From assembly GCA_964608455.1 (NCBI GenBank), contig CAZSNM010000001.1:11030-75029 (forward strand): a stretch of 64,000 nucleotides of DNA, in the 5' to 3' direction. This DNA comes from an uncultured Candidatus Bathyarchaeia archaeon. Lineage in GTDB: Archaea > Thermoproteota > Bathyarchaeia > 40CM-2-53-6 > DTDX01. Positions 59,809 through 64,000 of this stretch are shown piece after piece. Position numbers and translations under genes: made by a program. The notes beneath the pieces were generated by a model. That model was not told the DNA's origin. It did no database searches and was given only the letters and a program-made list of their open reading frames with translations. Position 1 is the first letter of the stretch, and each line of letters begins with the position of its first letter.

Positions 59809-60483
59809 GTGCTACATGAGGCGGATAAAATGCATATTCCAGACGGCTTCCTAGATTTAAGAATCTGCTTAATAACCTACATTATTACAATTATATTTTG
59901 GTTTTTCGCTTTTAAAAGAGCCAAGGAAACTTTAACTGATAAGCAAATTCCTTTAATGGCTGTACTAACAGCTATGTTTTTTGCAGCTCAAATGATGAAT
60001 TATCCTATTGTAGGCGGAACTACAGCTCATCTTTTAGGCGGGCCTATTTTAGCAATAACTTTAGGCCCTTATGGAGGCTTAATTTCTATGACTATTATTC
60101 TTTTGATTCAAGCATTATTCTTTGGAGATGGCGGTTTAACAACTTTTGGAGCAAATGTTTGGAACATGGGGGTTGTAGGTACTTTTCTACCATACATAAT
60201 GTGGATTTTATTTCCAAAGGGTAAAAAAGGAATGATTACAGGAGCCTTTTTAGGAGCTTTTATTGGAGATGTATTAGCTGCTGCTTCAGCTGGATTAGAA
60301 TTGGGCTTCTCCACTAAATTTCTTTATGGTATTTCAATATCGGTGCCTGCAATGGTTCTTCATCATTCAATAATTGGGATTGGAGAAGGAATTGTAACCT
60401 CTATAATAATCCTTACTCTATTAAAGTCTAGACCAGATTTACTTAACTTACCGAAAATAGCGCCTAAATGGTTAAGTAAATAA
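59809..60483 (+). CDS. cbiM: ECF/energy-coupling nickel/cobalt transporter substrate component CbiM/NikM (real start possibly the second Met at 59830, giving MHIPDGF)
   Basis: MHIPDGFLD is the canonical CbiM N-terminus, with His2 as the metal ligand. Confidence 0.9.
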   Translation: MLHEADKMHIPDGFLDLRICLITYIITIIFWFFAFKRAKETLTDKQIPLMAVLTAMFFAAQMMNYPIVGGTTAHLLGGPILAITLGPYGGLISMTIILLIQALFFGDGGLTTFGANVWNMGVVGTFLPYIMWILFPKGKKGMITGAFLGAFIGDVLAAASAGLELGFSTKFLYGISISVPAMVLHHSIIGIGEGIVTSIIILTLLKSRPDLLNLPKIAPKWLSK

Positions 60484-60500
60484 TTAAAGGGGGAAGCCTT

Positions 60501-60779
60501 ATGGAAAATAAAAAGATGATAATTATTGGAATAATTGTATCAATTATATTCGTTATAGTTGGATGCACATTGCTTTCAACTTCAGCAGAAACTCTAGATA
60601 AAATTGCTGAGGAGCTTGGAGCATCAGAGGCTTCTATTTGGCATTCCCCCTTGCCTGATTATGAAATACCTGGATTTGAGGGGAATTTAATAGCAAATAT
60701 AGGTATAAGCATTCTGTTTACTTTGATTATATTTTTAATTTCTTTTGGATTAGGTAAAGCTTTAAGAAGAAGGGTTTGA
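60501..60779 (+). CDS. cbiN: CbiN/NikN-like small membrane component
   Basis: 92 aa with two TM helices, located directly after cbiM. Confidence 0.7.
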   Translation: MENKKMIIIGIIVSIIFVIVGCTLLSTSAETLDKIAEELGASEASIWHSPLPDYEIPGFEGNLIANIGISILFTLIIFLISFGLGKALRRRV

Positions 60780-60790
60780 AGCGATAAAAA

Positions 60791-61603
60791 TTGATAGCAG
60801 ACTTTTTAAGGATATTTAGGGAAACATCCCTTATAGAAAGATATAGTGCAATAAATGGATTCCTTCAAAAAATTGATCCTAGAGCAAAGCTTATTTCTTT
60901 TATTGCTTTAATTTTAGCTTCAATAGAATCAAATTCCCTCATTTCCTTACTGCTTTTTTTAGCATTCATATTTTCCTTAGCTTTTATCTCAAGAATTCCT
61001 ATTAAAGCATTTCTTTTTAGAACTTTATTTTTTATAACCTTTTTTTCTATGGTAATTGCAATTCCAATTCTTTTTATAACTCCAGGAGTTGCTATAGCAT
61101 CACTTAACCTTTTCAGCTTTAAACTTCAAATAACTATTCAAGGAATTTCTTCTGCATTACAATTTATTTTCAGAGTTTGGGCATGTGTTTCTTCATTAAT
61201 TCTTTTAACTTTAACCACAAAATTTTCAAGCATTATTAATGCTATGGAAAACCTTAAAATTCCCAAAGTTTTTACTATGATGGTCTCTATAACTTATAGA
61301 TTCATCTTCTTGCTTATTGATGAGGCTTATCGAATGGCATTAGCTAAAGAAGCTAGAACTATAGGGAAAATGAGCAAAATAGATGCTATGAAAACTTTAG
61401 CCTCCATGATTTCTTCCTTATTTATAAGAGCTTATGAAAGGGGAGAAAAAGTTTATTTAGCGATGAAAAATAGAGGTTATCCAGGAAAAGTAAGAAATTT
61501 AAGCATTATTAAATTTCATTTTAAAGATGCCTCCTTTATTCTTTCTTTCTTCATATTTATTGTTTTCGTCTTTTTGATAGGGGGATTACTAAACCATGGA
61601 TAA
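60791..61603 (+). CDS. cbiQ: ECF transporter transmembrane (T) component CbiQ
   Basis: 270 aa polytopic protein lying between cbiN and the ATPase gene. Confidence 0.8.
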   Translation: MIADFLRIFRETSLIERYSAINGFLQKIDPRAKLISFIALILASIESNSLISLLLFLAFIFSLAFISRIPIKAFLFRTLFFITFFSMVIAIPILFITPGVAIASLNLFSFKLQITIQGISSALQFIFRVWACVSSLILLTLTTKFSSIINAMENLKIPKVFTMMVSITYRFIFLLIDEAYRMALAKEARTIGKMSKIDAMKTLASMISSLFIRAYERGEKVYLAMKNRGYPGKVRNLSIIKFHFKDASFILSFFIFIVFVFLIGGLLNHG

Positions 61604-62291
61604 TACAGCCATAGAATTAATTAATGTAACTTATATTTATCCTGATGGAACTGTTGCTTTAAAGGATGTTAACTTAAAAATTCTTAAGGGAGAAAAGGTA
61701 GCTATTCTTGGTCCAAATGGAGCAGGGAAATCTACGCTTCTTACAGTAATGGCAGGTTTACTTAAACCCTATAAGGGAGAAATAAGAAATTTTAATAATT
61801 CTCGAATTGGATTAGCTTTTCAAGATCCTGATGATCAACTTTTTTGTCCAACACTCTTAGAGGATATTGCTTTTGGACCATTAAATATGGGTTTGTCTAA
61901 AGAAAAAGCTTTTGAGAAAGCTAATGAAGTATTAAAAGCAGTTGGGCTTGAAGAGCTTAAAGATAAACCCCCCCATCGTTTAAGTGTTGGAGAAAAAAAG
62001 AAAGCTTCTATAGCAACTGTTTTAGCTATGGAACCAGACGTTATTGCTTTAGATGAACCAACATCAAATTTAGATCCAAAAAGCAGAAAAGAGTTAATTT
62101 CATTGATTAATGAATTATTTTCTAAAAGAAATTTTACATTAATTATTGCAACCCACGATATGACATTTGCCAGTAAAGTTGCTGAAAAAGCCCACATCTT
62201 AAATAAAGGGAGAATAATAGCCGATGGTAAATTAACAGAAATTTTATCAAACTTTAAATTGTTAGAGGAAGTTGGATTATATCCTTTTTAA
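61596..62291 (+). CDS. cbiO: ECF transporter ATPase CbiO
   Basis: Walker A GPNGAGKST, ABC signature LSVGEKKKAS, and Walker B IALDEPTS. Confidence 0.9.
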   Translation: MDNTAIELINVTYIYPDGTVALKDVNLKILKGEKVAILGPNGAGKSTLLTVMAGLLKPYKGEIRNFNNSRIGLAFQDPDDQLFCPTLLEDIAFGPLNMGLSKEKAFEKANEVLKAVGLEELKDKPPHRLSVGEKKKASIATVLAMEPDVIALDEPTSNLDPKSRKELISLINELFSKRNFTLIIATHDMTFASKVAEKAHILNKGRIIADGKLTEILSNFKLLEEVGLYPF

Positions 62292-62294
62292 ATT

Positions 62295-63089
62295 TTATTT
62301 TCCATTTTTTTCAAATGCTTTAGCAACTCTGTTTGCTATTAACCCTGCAAAAACTCCAGCAGGAACTCCCCCATCAATATTAACTACGCTTAAACCTAGA
62401 GTGCAGCTTTGAAGCATGGTTATTAAAGCGCCTAATCCTTTTTCTCCAACTCCATACCCTACTGATGTTGGAACGCCTATTACTGGAACATCAACTAAAC
62501 TTGCTACCACAGATGGTAATGCCCCTTCCATACCTGCAACAACTATTATTGCATCAACATCTCGTTCAATCATGTTTTTTAATGGTTTAAAAAGCCTATG
62601 GATTCCTGCGATACCAACGTCAAAAGCTGTTAAAACTTCGCATCCCATTTCTTCAGCTGTTATTTTAGCTTCTAGAGCTATTGGAACATCTGCTGTTCCA
62701 GCTGCTAATATTCCAATTTTTCTTTTAATAAAATTTTTTTCTGCTTTACGATTTTTAACAACCATCATTTTAGCTTCTTTATTATAATAAACTTCAACAT
62801 CTTCTTTTTTTAAAGCTGCTTCGATAGCTGCAGCTTTATCCTCATCAATTCTGCTTATAATTAATTTATCTTTATGTTTAATTGCTTCTGAAGCGATTTG
62901 AATTAAATGCTCTTTTTGTTTAGGTTCGCCATAAATTATCTCCGGAATATTTCTTCTTAATTCTCTTTTTTCATCTAATTTAATTGTCTCACCAATTTCT
63001 TGAAAGGCTAAAAGCTTTAAAATTTTTTCAGCTTCGTTAATTGATAAATCTCCGGCTTTAACTTTTTTTAAAACATCTCTTATATTCAA
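62295..63089 (-). CDS. larB: LarB-like (PurE-like) nickel-pincer cofactor biosynthesis carboxylase/hydrolase
   Basis: The C-terminal PurE-like domain reads IGILAAGTADVPIALEA...VVAGMEGALPSVVASLVDVPVIGVPTSVGYG. The N-terminal LarB-specific region starts MNIRDVLKKVKAGDLSINEAEKIL. Confidence 0.75.
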   Translation of the reverse strand: MNIRDVLKKVKAGDLSINEAEKILKLLAFQEIGETIKLDEKRELRRNIPEIIYGEPKQKEHLIQIASEAIKHKDKLIISRIDEDKAAAIEAALKKEDVEVYYNKEAKMMVVKNRKAEKNFIKRKIGILAAGTADVPIALEAKITAEEMGCEVLTAFDVGIAGIHRLFKPLKNMIERDVDAIIVVAGMEGALPSVVASLVDVPVIGVPTSVGYGVGEKGLGALITMLQSCTLGLSVVNIDGGVPAGVFAGLIANRVAKAFEKNGK

Positions 63090-63108
63090 AAAATCACAAC
63101 CACCTTGT

Positions 63109-63519
63109 TTATAAAGATTTTAAAATCATTAATGTATTAGTTTTTGTTACTCCTTCAACTTCCCTAACCTTATCTATACAGGAATTTAATTCATCAATAT
63201 TTCCTGCTGAAAGAAAAACAACTATATCTGATTCTCCAGTAACTTCATAAATTTTTTCAACTCCATTTATTTTTTTTAATTCAACTGAAACTTTAAATGT
63301 TGGAATAGATGGCTCAACAGAAATAAGCATTATAGCTGAAGCCTCCTTTTTAACTTCTATTGTAAAACGCTTTAAAATTCCTGTTTCAACAAGCTTTTTT
63401 ATTCTTTGTCTTACTGCAGCTTCTGAAATCCCAATTTGCTTGGCTATTTTTAAAAACGGAATTCTTGAATCTAATTTTAAAATTTCAATTATTTTTTTGT
63501 CAATTTCATCTATAACCAT
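63109..63519 (-). CDS. Lrp/AsnC family transcriptional regulator
   Basis: DKKIIEILKLDSRIPFLKIAKQIGISEAAVRQRIKKL HTH followed by a RAM domain. Size is 136 aa. Confidence 0.85.
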   Translation of the reverse strand: MVIDEIDKKIIEILKLDSRIPFLKIAKQIGISEAAVRQRIKKLVETGILKRFTIEVKKEASAIMLISVEPSIPTFKVSVELKKINGVEKIYEVTGESDIVVFLSAGNIDELNSCIDKVREVEGVTKTNTLMILKSL

Positions 63520-63523
63520 ATCC

Positions 63524-63994
63524 TTATTCTCCTTCTACTTTAATTAACTCTTTTTCAGTAGCTATATAATCAACTTTTTCATCATGGACATCAACTGGAA
63601 CTTCAGCAACAACCTGAATTGAATGGCAAGTAGTAGCTACTTTAATAGGTTTATTAGAAAATTGTCTTGCAAGTTTTATTTCTTTATCTCCATAACCTCC
63701 TCCTTTACCTAAGCGATGCCCCCTCTTATCTACAGCAACGCAACCTTCAACTATAAAATCTACACTTGGAACTTCTTTAATAAATTCACCAAGTTTAAAA
63801 GCTCCTTTAATAGTTGATGCAAAACGTTCTTTACCTTTAACATTTTCAGGTTTTATTATTAAGAAACCTTTCTTTAATTTTGGAGTTGGCATTACAAGCG
63901 TTTTACCATCACGTAAAACCATTTCTCTTACTGGTGCTTGAGCACTATCGGGATTAACTAAAACTATTTTAGCATTTTTATATTCAGGAATCAT
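63524..63994 (-). CDS. 5-formyltetrahydrofolate cyclo-ligase (MTHFS)-like protein
   Basis: GKGGGYGDKE resembles the MTHFS GxGGGYYD motif. Size is 156 aa. Confidence 0.55.
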   Translation of the reverse strand: MIPEYKNAKIVLVNPDSAQAPVREMVLRDGKTLVMPTPKLKKGFLIIKPENVKGKERFASTIKGAFKLGEFIKEVPSVDFIVEGCVAVDKRGHRLGKGGGYGDKEIKLARQFSNKPIKVATTCHSIQVVAEVPVDVHDEKVDYIATEKELIKVEGE

Positions 63995-64000
63995 TTTAAG

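Noticed and set aside
6712-62787. Remaining short antisense ORFs from the six-frame track (6712-6918, 9669-9887, 18066-18287, 18844-19044, 19552-19758, 26137-26397, 29941-30168, 30996-31229, 38562-38828, 44923-45243, 45880-46149, 51469-51774, 52678-52866, 53875-54069, 57973-58158, 60108-60314, 61835-62197, 62416-62787)
   Set aside because: Each lies within and antisense to a well-supported gene. None has a recognisable motif.
1-64000. CRISPR arrays, tRNA genes, rRNA, IS elements or integrases
   Set aside because: I found no direct-repeat/spacer periodicity, no tRNA-like cloverleaf with GTTC/T-loop signatures in the GC-rich islands, and no transposase or integrase-like ORFs. Composition is uniform across the window, so no island is apparent.

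Overview
This is a 64 kb window of a very AT-rich (roughly 30% GC by eye) archaeal chromosome. It is densely coding and looks like ordinary core genome, with no CRISPR array, no tRNA and no obvious mobile element. The gene content points to a TACK/Thermoproteota-type archaeon, because a complete Cdv (ESCRT-III/Vps4) cell-division cluster is present, together with TBP, RFC small and large subunits, L7Ae/S28e/L24e/S6e/S24e/S27ae ribosomal proteins, aIF5B, archaeal ether-lipid enzymes (DGGGP synthase, geranylgeranyl reductase) and a CofE-like F420 ligase.

Main blocks from start to end:
- 1-7.9 kb: PGK (5' partial), an RHH-fused nucleotidyltransferase, Lrp, ArgG, CofE-like, ArgH, UbiA/DGGGPS and GGR.
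- 9.7-15.2 kb: a translation cluster (GluRS, L7Ae, S28e, L24e, aIF5B, S6e, S24e, and S27ae, which is missed by the ORF track).
- 15.5-36 kb: HAD hydrolase, FAU-1-like protein, GATase, two paralogous zinc-ribbon membrane proteins bracketing aspartate kinase and a PLD nuclease, a 733-aa double-wHTH protein flanked by MFS genes, Lhr helicase, PadR, signal peptidase, TBP, thioredoxin, NUDIX, PflX-like radical SAM, PRPP synthetase, a THUMP tRNA methyltransferase and RNase Z.
- 35.8-40.7 kb: the cdv cluster, in the order unknown 263-aa protein, ESCRT-III, CdvA, CdvB (with winged helix), Vps4/CdvC, ESCRT-III.
- 40.7-42.0 kb: a frameshifted EndoQ-like PHP-nuclease pseudogene.
- 42.1-47.7 kb: GDH, RFC-S, RFC-L and moaC-moaB-moaA.
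- 48.6-58.2 kb: a branched-chain amino-acid block (ilvD, ilvBNC, leuCD, leuA/cimA, ilvE) with conspicuous RNA/DNA hairpins in the ilvB leader and downstream of ilvD.
- 58.2-64 kb: a nickel module (NikR, CbiMNQO, LarB), a second Lrp and an MTHFS-like protein.

The most interesting items are the compact cdv locus, where CdvB probably starts at a non-ATG codon and the flanking ESCRT-III paralogs have near-identical 3' ends; the unusual 733-aa regulator-like protein; the RHH-nucleotidyltransferase fusion; and two candidate structured RNA elements.
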